From assembly GCF_009914755.1 (NCBI RefSeq), contig NC_060933.1: a stretch of 64,000 nucleotides of DNA. One strand, written 5' to 3'. This document shows, piece after piece, positions 41,681-55,359 of the stretch. A program made the position numbers and the translations under genes. The DNA comes from the human T2T-CHM13v2.0 reference genome, Homo sapiens. The notes beneath the pieces are model-generated. The model was not told where the DNA came from. It worked only from the letters and a program-made list of their open reading frames with translations, and ran no database searches. Every line of letters begins with the position of its first letter. The stretch's first letter is position 1.

Positions 41681-41977
41681 TTTTTATACTAAATGTGTTG
41701 ATTAGCACAGTGCTATTGTCTAATATAGTTAGCCGTTTTTGAGCTCTTGCTTAATACAAATATTATAAATTAATGTTGCTAAACTTACATATTTAGCAAT
41801 TTATATTTTGGATAATTACTTGTAAAATTGCCAGCCCCATTCAAACATTCAGTGTTTATAATTTCTTAAGAGCGTTCAAGAAAGTAAATTTCACATTCTG
41901 TTTATTAAAGGCAGATACATTGTGTTAATTTTATTGTTTTTATTTAAGAACATAAAGCACTTCTTTCTGATTTGTAG

Positions 41978-42072
41978 CTCTTGAAGAAATGTTGACACCT
42001 GAAGAAAAAGCTTTACTCTATGAAGCAATTGGCTATAGTGAAACAGCAGTTGATCCAACTTTACTAAAAACA
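41978..42072 (+). CDS. VPS13A: VPS13A exon 16 (95 nt; TLEEMLTPEEKALLYEAIGYSETAVDPTLLKT)
   Basis: ttgtag|CTCTTG...AAAACA|gtaaga; LYEAIGY motif. Confidence 0.96.
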
Positions 42073-42103
42073 GTAAGATGTTTTCTTGCCTTATACCTTA
42101 GAA

Positions 42104-42422
42104 TATATTTATTTATTTATTTGTTTAGAGACAGGGTCTCACTCTGTTGCCCAGGCTGGACTGCAGTGGTGTGATCTCTGCTGCCAGCCTTAACCTGGCC
42201 TCAAGCAATCCTCCCACCTCAGCCTCTCGAATAGCTGGAGCCACAGGCATGCACCCTCATGCTAGCTAATTTTTGTGGTTTTTTTTTTGTTTTGTTTTTT
42301 TTGATAGAGATGGGGTTTCGCCATGTTGCTCAGGCTGGTTTTGAACTTCTGAGCTCAAGCAATCCGCCTGCCTCGACTTCCCAAAGTGCTGGGATTATAG
42401 GCATGAACCACTGCTCCTGACC
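42104..42422 (-). mobile_element. AluJ, ~30 nt downstream of exon 16
   Basis: (attt)n tail, gagacagggtctcac... Confidence 0.9.
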
Positions 42423-42710
42423 TTATGCTTTGGAATTTAATGTTACATATGTCCATTTTTAATCCTTTCAAAAATATATGTTACTGACTTGTTCTGTGAT
42501 CTTTTTTTCTGGGTCTGTAATTGCATTTATTTTAATTTCTAAGGTAGGGATAAATATTGTCTCTTTTTTTGGGGTCAATGTGATGATTCTTGAAGAAATA
42601 AAATGTCCTTAAAATATTTGGTGGTTTTTGAAATGAATGTACTATAAGAATATTTGTTATGCTTATATATATATGTATGTTTTCATTTTATTCTTCTGAA
42701 TATACCTTAG

Positions 42711-42853
42711 TTTGAAGCCTTGAAGTTTTTTGTCCACTTGAAAAGTATGTCTATTGTTCTAAGAGAAAATCATCAAAAACCTGAGCTGGTAGATATTGTA
42801 ATAGAAGAATTTAGCACCTTAATTGTGCAAAGACCAGGAGCACAAGCAATAAA
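42711..42853 (+). CDS. VPS13A: VPS13A exon 17 (143 nt; FEALKFFVHLKSMSIVLRENHQKPELVDIVIEEFSTLIVQRPGAQAI)
   Basis: ccttag|TTTGAA...ATAAA|gtaagt. Confidence 0.96.
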
Positions 42854-43283
42854 GTAAGTATTAATTTATCTTTTTTTATCATATATGAAAAAACTTCACT
42901 GTGTTCTTAGACATTAGGTCACAATCTTAGTCTTTTGTAAAGAGCACTATAGTTTCATATATCCTTTTGTGGTTTCAGGAAAAAGGTTTTTTTTTTAATT
43001 GTTAAGATAATACATGTTCAATAGAAAACCACATTCCAGTGAAACATAGGGCATTAAAGAATAATACAAAAATGATCAGCAACTACACTACACAAAAAGA
43101 AACAGCATTAACAATGTGGTTTTTATCTGAGAGTTTTTAGTTTTATTTTTTTTAAAGTAGCTTTGAGATGTAATTCACATACCCTACAATTCATTTAAAG
43201 TGTGTGGTTCATTGATTTTTCACAACTATATTATATAGTAATTTCACATTGGTATATTTACGAAGCTGTACAATCACCAGCAC

Positions 43284-43638
43284 TGTATTAGTCCATTTTC
43301 ATGCTGTTAATGAAGACTTACCCAAGACTGGGAAGAAAAAGAGGTTTAATTGGACCAACAGCTCCACATGGCTGGGGAGGCCTCAGAATTGTCAGGGGAG
43401 GCGAAAGGCACCTCTTCCCTGGTGGCAGCAAGAGAAAATGAGGAAGATACAAAAGCGGAAACCCCTGCTAAAAACCATCAGATCTCATGAGACTTATTCA
43501 CTACCATGAGAACAGTATGGGGAAGCCACCCCCATGATTCAAATTATCTCCCACCAGGTCCCTCCCACAACACGTGGGAATTATGGGAGTACAATTCAAG
43601 ATGAGATTTGGGTCGGGACACAGAGCCAAACCTTATCA
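43284..43638 (-). mobile_element. THE1 MaLR solo LTR
   Basis: tgtattagtccattttcatgctg...gacacagagccaaaccttatca. Confidence 0.88.
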
Positions 43639-43658
43639 ACTACTATCTAATTCTAGAA

Positions 43659-43961
43659 CTTTATTTTATTTTATTTATTTTTTTTGAGACAGGGTTTCAC
43701 TCTGTTGCCCAGGCTGGAGTATGGTGGTAGGGTCTTGGCTCACTGCAGTCTCTGCTTCCTGGGCTCAGGCTAACCTCCAGCTTCAGCCTCCTGAGTAGCC
43801 GTGACTACAGGCGCGAGCCACCAACACCTTGCTAATTTTTAGAATTTTTGTAGAGATGGGGTTTCACCATGTTGCCCAGGCTGGTCTGGAGCTTGTTGGC
43901 TCAAAGCAGTTCGCCAGCCTCAGCCTCCCGAAGTGCTGGAATTACAGGTGTGAGCCTGGCT
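43659..43961 (-). mobile_element. AluJ
   Basis: gagacagggtttcac...ggaattacaggtgtgagcc. Confidence 0.88.
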
Positions 43962-46900
43962 CATTCGAGAATATGTTAACAACTCCCAAAGAAACCCTGT
44001 AATCATTAGCAGTCACTCCCAAGTGCCCCCTTACCCAGCCCCTGGCAACAACTAATTTACTTTCTATTTGAAAGGATTTGTCCATTTTGGACAGTTCATA
44101 TGAATGTAGTCATACAATATCTGGTCTTTTCTGTTTGGCATTTTTCACTTAGCATGATGTTTTCAAGGTTCATCCTGTTGTAGCATGAATTAGTACATTC
44201 CTTTTTATTGCCTAGTAATCTCTATTATGGACGCATCACGTTTTGTTTATCCATTTAACTGTTGAGGATATTTAGGTTGTTCCTTCTTTTTGGCTCTTCT
44301 GAGTATTGCAGCTATGAGTATTCATGAGTAATATTTTGTTTGGAGGTGGGTTTTAATTTTCTTGGGTAGACACCTGGGGTGGAATTGCTGTCTCATATGC
44401 TAATACTATTTAACCTTTTGAGGAACTACCAGACTGTTTCCCAAAGCAGCCTCACCATTTTACATTTCCATGAACAGTATATGATGTTTCCAATTTCTTC
44501 ATATCTTCATCAACACTTGTTATTATCTGTTCTTTTGATTACAGCCATTCTAGTGAGTATGAAATGGTATCTCACTGTGGTTTTGATTTGCATTTTCCTG
44601 ATGGCTAAGGATTTTGAGCTTTTTTTCTTTGTGCTTATTGGCCATTTCACGTGCATATCTTCTTTGGAGAAATGTCTATTAGATTTTTTTTCCTATTTTA
44701 TGTTGGGTTGTCTTTTTATTATCGATTTGCAAGAGTTCTTTATATATTCTTGATACAAATCTCTTATTAGATAAACAATTTTCAGTTATTTTCTCTCACT
44801 GTGTTTTCTTTTTATTTTTCTTAATGGTGAAGTCAAATTTATATTTTTTTTGCTACACATGCTTTTCATTATAACTCAGAAATCTTTGCCTACTCCAGTG
44901 GTACAAATATATACTCCTATATATTCTTATAAGAATTTTATGCTATTTCCTCTTATATGTAGGGTTAGAATCCATTTTGAGTTAATGTTAGTGTGTGGTG
45001 TGAGGTGGGGGATTCAGCTTCATTCTTTTTCATGAGATTATTCAGTTGTCCTAGCACCATTTGTTGAAAAAACTATTTTTTCCCATTGAATGATCTTGGC
45101 AGGCTTGTCAAAATTTATAAGTTGATCATAAATGTAAGGATTTCTAGACTCTTAATTCTAATCCCATTGTTCTATATGTCTAGCCTTATGCCAGTACCCT
45201 ACTGTCTTAATTATGGTGGCTTTATAGTAGAACTTGTAATCAGGAAGTATGACTCTTCCAGTTTTGTTTTTTTGTTTTAGCTGTCCTGATTTCCTTAAAC
45301 TTCTGTATAAATTTTAAGATTATGTTGTCCATTTATGCAAAAAAATAAGCTCAGATTTGATAAAGATTGTGTTGAATTTTGTGGATCAATTTTGGGTGTA
45401 CTGAACAAATTATTCAGCACAAATTATTCAGCTACTTATCTAAACAATATTAAGTCTTCCAATCCATGCACATTGGATATCTTTTCATTTATTTAGATTT
45501 TTAAAATTTGAACAACGTTTTACAGTTTTCAGATACAGTACACCTCTTAGGTTAAATTTATTTGCAAGTATTTTATTGTTTTTGATGATATAAATGGAAT
45601 TGTTTTCTTAATTTCATTTTGGATTATTATGTGTATAGAAATACAATTGAGTTTTGTATACTGCACTTGTACCCTGCAACCTTGATGAACTTGTTTCATT
45701 AGTTCAATGAGTTTTTTTAGTTGATTCCTTAGGATTTTTTATATACATGATCATATAATCTGCAAATATAGTTTTACTTCTTCCATTCCGATGTGGATGC
45801 CCTTTCTTTTGTTTTCTTGCCTAATTGCCCCGGCTAGAACCTCCAGTAGTATTTTAAATAGAGATTATGAGAGTGGGCTTCTCTTCTTGTTTCTGTTCTT
45901 CGAAGGAAGTGTTCATCCTTTCACCATTATGATGTTAGATGTGAGTTAGGTGTGGTCTGCATCATTTTACAATCCCACCAGCAATGTACGTGGATTCATA
46001 TTTTTTCCATATCATTCCCAACACTTGTTATTTTGTTTTTTTATTTTAAATTATAGCCATCCTTATGGGTGTTTAGTATCATATTGTGGTTTTGATTTGA
46101 ATTCCCTTAATGACTAATGATGTTCAGCATCTTTTCATGTGGATATTGGCCCTTTGTATAAGTTCATTGGGTCTATTTTTTAATTGAGTTATTTTTCATT
46201 TGTTGTTGAGGTGTAAGAATTCTTTTGTATTCTGGATACTAAACTGTCACCGGTACATGATTTGCAAATATTTCCTTCTATTCTTTATTTTGTGATTTCA
46301 CTTCATTGATACTGTCCTTTGGTGTACGGAAGTTTTTAATTTTGAAGCTCACTTCATCCGGTCTTATATTTTGTTGTTCATGCTTTTGATGTCTTATCTC
46401 AGAAGGTTCACCTAAGCCAAGGTTGTGAACGTCTACTCCAGTATTTTCTTCTAAGAGTTTTATACTTCTGTCGCTTACATATACGTTTATGACCTGTATT
46501 GAGTTAATTTTTGTAAATGGCATAAGGAATTGGTACAGCTCATTTCATTTGCATGTGGATATCCCGGTGTCCCCTCACACTTGTTGAAGACACTATTCTT
46601 TCCTCAATGAACACTCCTGGTACCATTGTTGAAAATCAATTAGCCATAGATGTATGTATGGCTTTATTTTTGGACTCTCAATTCTATCTCATTTTTATTC
46701 TAGACTTTCACTGTGATTATCATTATACCAATATCGTACTGTTTTGATTACTGCAGATTTTTAGTAAGTTTTGAAATTGGGAAGTGTCTTCCCTATTTTG
46801 TTCTGCTCTTTCAAGAATGTTTTAGCTGTTCAAGGGTTGCTTACAAGACCTTATGAATTTGAGGATTCACTTTTCCATTTCTGGAAAGTGTCTCTTTGAA

Positions 46901-47110
46901 ATTTGATAGGGATTGCATTCAGTATGTAGATTGCTTTTGGTAGTATTGCCATAATAACAATATTAAGTCTTCTGTGAACATGGGATATCTTTCCATTTAA
47001 ATAAATGCTAAATAGATGCTTTTTCTGTTTTTATGAAGAGTTTCAGAAGGATTGTTATTAATCCTTCTTTAAATATTTTGTAGAATTCACTAGTGAAGCC
47101 ATTTGGTCCT

Positions 47111-47475
47111 TGTATTAGTCTGTTCTTATGCTCCTAATAAAGAGATACCTGAGACTGGGTAATTTATAAAGGAGAGAGGTTTAATTGACTCATAGTTCGG
47201 TATGGCTGGGGTGGCCTCACAATCATGGCAGAAAGCAAATGAGGAGCAAAGTCATATCTTATATGGAGGCAGGCAAGAGAGAGCTTGTGCAGGGGAGCTC
47301 CCTTTATAAAACCATCAGACCTCGTGAGACTTATTCACTATCATGAGAACAGCACTGGAAAAACCTACCCTCTTGATCCAGTTACCTCCCATCAGGTCTC
47401 TCCCACGACATGGGGGAATTATGGGAGCTACAATTCAAGATGAGATTTGGGTGGGGACACAGCCAAACCATATCA
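47111..47475 (-). mobile_element. THE1 MaLR solo LTR
   Basis: tgtattagtctgttc...gggacacagccaaaccatatca. Confidence 0.88.
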
Positions 47476-48779
47476 GCTGAATTCTTCTTTGTTGAGAGTT
47501 TTTGGTTACTGATTTACTCCTTACTAGTTATAGGTTTTACTATAAGTAAGTTTAAAAGGTTATAGTAAGTTTTACTATACTAAAGTTTATAGTAAAGTTT
47601 TACTGATAGTTTATAGGTTTATAAGTAGGATCTGTAGGTTACAGTAAAGTTTACTATAGGTTTTTAAGATTATAGAAAAGTTTTACTTCCTATTAGTTAT
47701 CTGATTTTCTATTTCTTCTCGAGGCAGTTTTTGTAATTTATATATTTCTAGGAATTTGTTCATTTATCTATTTTGTTGGTACTGTTTTTTGCAGTACTCT
47801 TTTGTAGTACTTTTTATTCCTCTATGGTGTGTCATAATGCCTCCACTTTGATTTCTAGTTATAGATATTTGCATCTTTAGTGTTTTTTTTCTTATTTTAG
47901 GTAAAGGTTTGTTAAATATGTTAACCTTTTCAAAGTGGCAACTTTGATTTTTTTTCATTCTCTCTGGTGTTTTTGTTTTCTGTATTTCATTTGTCTCCAC
48001 TCTGACATGTATTATTTTATTCATACTGTGAGCTTTGGGTTTAATTTGCTCTTCTCTTTTTAGTTCTTTAAAGTGTAAAGTGAGGTTATTGATTTGATAA
48101 TCTTTCTTTTTTAATGTAGGCATTTGCAAACAAAAATTTCCCTGTGAGAACTGCTTTGGATACATCCTGTATGTTTTGTAATATTGTGTTTGATTCGCAT
48201 CCATTTCAACGTATTTTCTGATTTCTCTTGTGGTTTTTTTTTTAACCTGTTGCTTGTTTAAGAGTGTTTAATTTCCACATAATTGTGAATTTTTCAGTTT
48301 TTCTTCTATTGAGTTCTAATTTGATTCCATTGTGGTTGGAGAAGATGCTTGGTGTATTATTAAACTTGTTGAGATTTGCTTTGTGACCTAACATTTGGTC
48401 TATCCTGGAGAATGTTCCATGTGCTTGCACTTGAGAAGAATGTATTTTGCTGTTGTTGGGTAGAGTAGTCCATATTTGTCTGTTACATGTAGTTGGTTTA
48501 TAATGTTGTTTAGGTTCTCTGTTACTTTATTGTTCCTCTGCCTAAATATTCCTCATTTAATGGAAGTGGGAGATTGAAATTTCTAAGTGTTATTGTGAGC
48601 TATTTCTCCCTTTAATTCTGTCAAGGTGTGATTCATATATTTTGAGGACTTTGGTGTATAAATGTTTATAATTGTTGTATCTTTGATGAATTGAGCCTTT
48701 TAATCAAACTATAATGACCTTTTCTTCTTGTCACAGTTTTCTATTGAAAGATATTTAAGTTAATTAATTAATTATTAAT

Positions 48780-48930
48780 TTAGATACAGGGTCTTGCTTT
48801 GCCACCCAGGCTTGAGTGCAGTGGTGTAGTTATAGCCTCACTGCAGCCTTGAACTCCTGGGCTCAAGTGATCTTCCCACCACAGCCTCCTGAGTAGCTGG
48901 AATTAAAGGTGTGAGCCACCATACCTGGCT
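48780..48930 (-). mobile_element. FRAM/FLAM Alu monomer
   Basis: agatacagggtcttgc...ccatacctggct. Confidence 0.75.
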
Positions 48931-49067
48931 AAAGATTATTTTATATGTTAGTATAACCACCCAGCTCTCTCTTGGTTATGAGTTGCATGCAGTATATTTT
49001 TTCATCCTTTCACTTTCAACCCATATGTGTCTTTGGATGTAAAATGAGTCTCTTTTAGGCAGTATGC

Positions 49068-49172
49068 CTATGGTCCCTGACTTAGGCTAAGTATATTAAA
49101 TACATTTTTGACTTGGAATATTTTCGATGGGTTTATTGGGAAATAATTAGTCATAAGTTGAGGAGCATCTGT
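49068..49172. mobile_element. Short MER47/Tigger5 derivative
   Basis: Ends in aagttgaggagcatctg+TA. Confidence 0.6.
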
Positions 49173-50418
49173 ATTGTTGTATCATGTTTTTTTCATCCAT
49201 TCTGCCAGTCTCTATCTTTCCTTTGATGAGTTTAATTTCATTTACATTTAACATGTTTACTGGTAGGCAAGAAGTTCTGCCATTTTGCTATTTGTTTATT
49301 GTATGTCTTATACCTTCTGTACCCTCAGTTCCTCAGTACTGTCTTCTTAGTGTTTGTTAATTTTTTGGGGGATATATTTTTATTTCTTCCTCATTTCTTT
49401 TTCCAAACATATTTTAGTCATTTTGTTGAGGGCTACTATATAGGGATTACAATTAACAGTCCAAATTTAAGACAGTCAAATTTGAATTGACACTAACTTA
49501 ACTTTAATAGTGTATAAAAACTCTACTCTTATGCAGCTCCATTCTTCATCTTTACGTTATCATTTTCACAAATTACTGCTTTACATACTTGTGTTCATTA
49601 GTCTAGGTTTATATTTGTTTTTATGTGTTTGTCTTTAAATCATAGAGGAATTAAAAAGAGGAGTTAAAAACCAAAAATGCAATATTACTGGCTTTCTTAT
49701 TTGCTTATGTAGTTACAATTACAACAGTTCTTTATTTATTTGTATGGCTGCAAATTACTATCTAATATCCTGTCATTGAAGTCTTTAGAACTTCCTTTAA
49801 CCTTTCTTGTAGGGCAGGTCTACTAATGACAGACAGACTCAGTTTTTGTTCATCTGGAAATGTGTTCATTTTTCCTTCATTTTAGAAGGATAGTTTTGTC
49901 ATATATAGATTTCTTGGTTGACATTTTTTTTCATTTAGTGCTTTAAGTACATGATCTTGCTGCCTTTTGGACTGCATGGTTTCTGAGGAGAAATTAGCTG
50001 TTAATCTATTACATATCTTGTTATGTGATGAGTTGCTTCTCTCTTGCTGCTTTCAAGATTTTCCTTGTTTTAGCTTTTGACAGTTGGATTATAATATGTT
50101 GCTGTGTGAGTCTCTGAGTTTATCCTAATTGGAGGTCTTTGAGCTTCTTGGATGTATAAATTTGTGTTCTTTATCAAATTTGAGAAGTTTTTGGCCATTA
50201 TTTCTCCCAGTATTTTTAATGTCTTTTTCTTTTTCTCATGTCCTTCGGAGAGTCCCGTAGTGCATATGTTGTTCCACTTGATGGTCTCCCACTTTAGGCA
50301 CTGTTCATTGTTCTTCATTATTCTTTATGCTCCACAGACTCAATAATTTCAGTTGTCCTGTATTGAAGTTTGATGATTCTTTCTTTGGGCTGCTTAGATC
50401 CTCTGTGAAACCTCTCTG

Positions 50419-50783
50419 CAGATGGTTCCCAAATCATGATTGTTCAGCTTATGATTTTTTTGATTTTAGAATGGTGCAAAAGTGATCCATATTTAGTAGA
50501 AATCTTACTTTGAGTATCCATACAACCTTTGTTTTTCACTTTTCAGTACAGTACTGAATAAATTACATAAGCTATTTAACATTTTATTGTAAAATAGGCC
50601 TTGTGTTAGATGATTTTTCCCAACGTAGACTAATATAACTATTCTGAGTACATTTAGGGTAGGCTAGGCTAGGCTATGATGCTTGGTAGGCTAGGTGTGT
50701 CAAATGCATTTTAAACTTATGACATATTCAACTTACAATGATTTTATTGGGACATAACCCCATTATAAGTCAAGGAACATCTG
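50419..50783. mobile_element. MER47 (Tigger5 family)
   Basis: cagatggttccc...taggctaggctatgatg...aagtcaaggaacatctg+TA. Confidence 0.75.
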
Positions 50784-51109
50784 TAGTGAAGTTTTCATAT
50801 TGGCTGTTGTACTTTTCACCTTCAAAATTTCTGTTTGGTTCTTTTTAATAATTTCTGTCGATTTATATTCTGTGCTCAAATGTTATTTTCCTGGTTTTCT
50901 TTAGTCTTTGAGTGTAAGCTTATTTAACATGTTGGCTTAGTGAACATAATGCTAGTCTTCCCTTTTCTGTGTAAGCTTTGTACATTTTTGTTTAAAACTT
51001 GATGTTTTGAGTGGTATAATGTGGTAACTGTGGAAATTAGATGTCCCCCCTCTCCATGGTTAGTTGTTGTTGATTGTTGAAGGATGTAGTTTTCCATTTG
51101 TTTACCTAC

Positions 51110-51362
51110 TGTAGTGGGTAGAATTGTATCATCCAAAACATTGTCAATTTCTAATTCCCAGTACCTGCAAATATAGCCTTATTTGGAAATAGCCTTTGCA
51201 GATGTAATCAAGTTAAAATGAGTTCATGCTGTATTAGTGTTTGCTCTAATTGAATGATGTGTGCTCTTCAAAGGAAAGAGAAATTTGAACACAGACTCAG
51301 AAAATAAGACAGACTAGAGAAGACAATTTGCAGACAGACATAAAGAGGAGAATGCCATGTGA
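51110..51362 (+). mobile_element. MLT1 LTR fragment
   Basis: ccttatttggaaatag...ctttgcagatgtaatcaagttaaaatgag. Confidence 0.7.
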
Positions 51363-51488
51363 CGATATCTTCTTAGCTGCGCCCATATTAATGTAGATTT
51401 TCTGTAACGTGGTGTGGGGATTAGAGGTGGGAAATGATCATAGCTCAGATGCCACAGGCTCTCCCTGTTCTTATCAAGTTTTAGTAGA

Positions 51489-51777
51489 TTTTTTTGTTTG
51501 TTTTGAGATGGAATGCCACTCTGTCGCCAGGCTGGAGTGCAGTGGCACAATCTCAGCTCACTCCACCTCCTGAGTTCCAGAGATTCTCCTGCCTCAGGCT
51601 CCCGAGTAGCTGGGATTACAGGCATGCACCACCACACCCAGCTAATTTTTGTATTTTTAGTAAAGACAGAGTTTCACCATGTTGGCCAGGATGGTCTCGA
51701 TCTCTTGACCTCGTGATCCGCCTGCCTCAGCCTCCCAAAGTGCTGGGATTACAGGCGTGAGCCACCGCGCCCAGCCT
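51489..51777 (-). mobile_element. AluSc-like, TSD tagattttttt
   Basis: ctgtcgccaggctgg...ccgcgcccagcc. Confidence 0.9.
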
Positions 51778-51822
51778 AGATTTTTTTGAATAAAAGTTTT
51801 TCTGTTTGCTGTATGCCCTTAG

Positions 51823-52254
<432 letters not shown>

Positions 52255-52590
52255 TAAATGTTTATTTTTATTTTTAGAAGAAAACATGTTTATAGACTTG
52301 TGTTAAATATGCAAAACTTTTCAGTTTTACATTAAGCATTGTAGATTTACTGTCATTTTAATTTTAGCTTATCATAACTTTTTTACATATAAGTCAACAC
52401 AAATAGGATTCTTTGTGAATTAATCTATGTCAATTTAGAGGAATCATTGTATGTCTTCTTTGATGGGAATGGACTGGAGTCAGAAATGCAAAGTGAAGTT
52501 GTCTTCATTAATTTTTTAAATCATTTTCAATTTTTAAAATCCTTCACAATTTTACTGATCGCTGACTTTTTTCTTTTTTTTTTAATGCAG

Positions 52591-52780
52591 ATTTGAAACT
52601 AAAATAGATTCATTTCATATTACTGGCTTACCAGATAATTCAGAAAAACCCCGCCTCCTGTCTTCATTGGATGATGCAATGTCACTTTTCCAAATTACAT
52701 TTGAGATAAATCCATTAGATGAAACTGTTTCTCAGAGGTGTATCATAGAAGCTGAACCTTTAGAAATCATATATGATGCA
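52591..52780 (+). CDS. VPS13A: VPS13A exon 18 (190 nt; KFETKIDSFHITGLPDNSEKPRLLSSLDDAMSLFQITFEINPLDETVSQRCIIEAEPLEIIYDA)
   Basis: atgcag|ATTTGA...GATGCA|gtaagc. Confidence 0.96.
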
Positions 52781-52860
52781 GTAAGCATTTTTTTAAATTA
52801 CTAAGTTTTAATATAATTTAGTTTGCTTTGAGTTTGTGTTAATGATGTTTATTTTAACAG

Positions 52861-52975
52861 AGGACAGTGAATAGTATAGTGGAATTCTTCAGACCTCCAA
52901 AAGAGGTACATCTAGCACAGCTCACTGCAGCAACTTTGACAAAACTGGAAGAATTTCGCAGTAAGACAGCAACAG
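52861..52975 (+). CDS. VPS13A: VPS13A exon 19 (115 nt; RTVNSIVEFFRPPKEVHLAQLTAATLTKLEEFRSKTAT)
   Basis: taacag|AGGACA...AACAG|gtaaat; follows an 80-nt intron. Confidence 0.96.
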
Positions 52976-53784
52976 GTAAATGCCAATATTAATGTTGGTG
53001 AATTAAATACTGTATCCTATATTAAACTTTTATTTATGGTAGAATGTTTTTAGTAAAGTTTATTTTAAATTTATTATATTTCTAGACTGGTTTTAGTTTA
53101 ACAGAAACTAATTTAGTACTTTTATGTTTAAAGGCAGATAAAACCATAATCATTTTTTACACTCAGAAAGTTCATACCTAGTAACCACATTTAAGTTAGT
53201 TGCAAAATTTTGCTTAGGATACTTGGACCTCTATTTATGACAAAAACTGGCCTCTCGTTTTCCTTTCTTAGAATGCGTTCCAGATTTTGATATATCAGCC
53301 TCAGGGAAAAAAGTTCTATCCTTTTTTATTCTCTAGGAGAGTTTGAATAAGGTCGGGTACTATTTCTTCCTTAAATATTTGGCAGAGCTTAATGGTAAAA
53401 CCACTTGGTTTTGGAGATTTCTTTGTGGGAAAGTTTAAGATTACAGATTGAACTTTTTAATTAAATAGTTGACCATAGAGATTATCTGTATGATTTTAAT
53501 GCTTTGTAATTGGTTGGGACTTGTTTTCTAGCTCAATGTATGATATTAAAAAAAATGTTCCTCATATGCTGAAAAGGCTGTCTTTTCATATCTATACCTA
53601 TTCATTAGGTATGGATTGTTAATCCTTTACTTCAAATTTTTTGTATCCTTACTGGATTTTTTTTTTCCCCTTTTGTCACCTTGTTCTAACAGTTATTAAG
53701 AGAAATACATGAAAAATGCCTCATTATCAATGTAGATTTTTCTATTTCTAATAGATCTGTCAGTTTGTTTAAAAAAATAAATTT

Positions 53785-53999
53785 GGCTGGGCGCGGTGGC
53801 TCACACCTTTGATCCCAGCACTTTGGGAAGCCGAGGCGGGTGGATCACCTGAGGTCAGAGTTTGAGACCAGCCTGGCCAACATGGCAAAATCATAATAGA
53901 GACGGGGTTTTAATAGAGACCAGGTTTCACCAGCCTGGCGACAGAGCAACACCCTGCCACACACACCAAAAGTAATAATAATAAAAATTAAAAAAAAAA
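53785..53999 (+). mobile_element. AluS with internal deletion and inverted filler, TSD aaaaaaataaattt
   Basis: Left arm, filler 53891-53930, last ~30 nt of right arm, tail. Confidence 0.85.
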
Positions 54000-54736
54000 T
54001 AAATTTTAAGACTGTCATTAAGTACATGCAGGAGTAAATTATTTTTCCTCCTATAAACCACATCTTTAATGCTTTAATTTTTTTCCCTTTGTACTTTTTT
54101 ATTTTATTTTATTTTTGATCTGATGTCAGTATGAAGTACAAAGTTTCTTTTCGTTAGAATTTACCTGGTATATATTTTTTCTTATATTTTTACTTTTTCC
54201 CTGTGTTTTCAGATGTGTCATGTCAACAACATGTAATAGGATTTTTTCCAATCTAGATTTATGGTCCTTATTTTTTATTTATATCTACTTTTTGCATTTA
54301 ATTAATTTATTTAGGCTTATGTCTAACATCCTATTTTGTGCTTTTGAATTTGGTTTTCCTTGTTTTATTTTTCTTGCCTTCCTTTGGATAAATTCTAGGA
54401 TACCTTTCTTCCCCCTTCCCTACAATCTACTATTGGGAAGTTAAATATTCTCTATCTCTTTTTATTTTATAAATTACAGTATACATTTTTGTAAAAATAT
54501 AAATTTAATGAAAAATTTTATATTCTCCTAGTCATTATATGGACTTTAGTACTCTTGAACTTTATATACCATCCCCATATACTATTTTTTTTACTTAAAA
54601 AATACTTTATTGTACTGTATGTATATAGTTCATGGTAGTTTACAATTACTTGTGCATTTACTACCTTCTTTGCTCTTCATTTCTCTTATAGCTTACACTT
54701 TTTATTTGATTTTATTTTCTTTCTGTTGGAAGTTCA

Positions 54737-54976
54737 TTTTTTTTTTTTTTCAACCTCTGCCTCCTGGGTTCAAGCGATTCTCCTGCCTCAGCCTCCCGAG
54801 TAGCTGGGATTACAGGCACCCACCACAACGCCTGGCTAATTTTTAAAAAAATTTTTAATAGAGATGGGGTTTCACTGTGTTGGCCAGGCTGGTCTCAAAC
54901 TCCTGACCTCAGATGATCTATCCTCCTCGACCTCCCAAAGTGCTGGGATTACAGGTGTGAGCCATCGGACCTGGCC
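54737..54976 (-). mobile_element. AluS missing the 3' ~55-60 nt but with tail and TSD tggaagttcattt
   Basis: (t)14 joined directly to caacctctgcc. Confidence 0.85.
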
Positions 54977-55047
54977 TGGAAGTTCATTTGTAAACTTCCC
55001 TTGTAAATATTTTCTCTTGTAAGAATCTGCTGGTGGCAAATCTGTGG

Positions 55048-55359
<312 letters not shown>

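Larger units (their letters stand above)
43140..51110 (-). mobile_element. Composite old L1M block (at least two nested copies; 3'UTR, ORF2 and ORF1 remnants)
   Basis: L1-like ORFs 46278..46523, 47764..48204, 48242..48430 (HGTFSRIDQMLGHK), 50070..50318 (ORF1-like). Confidence 0.8.
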
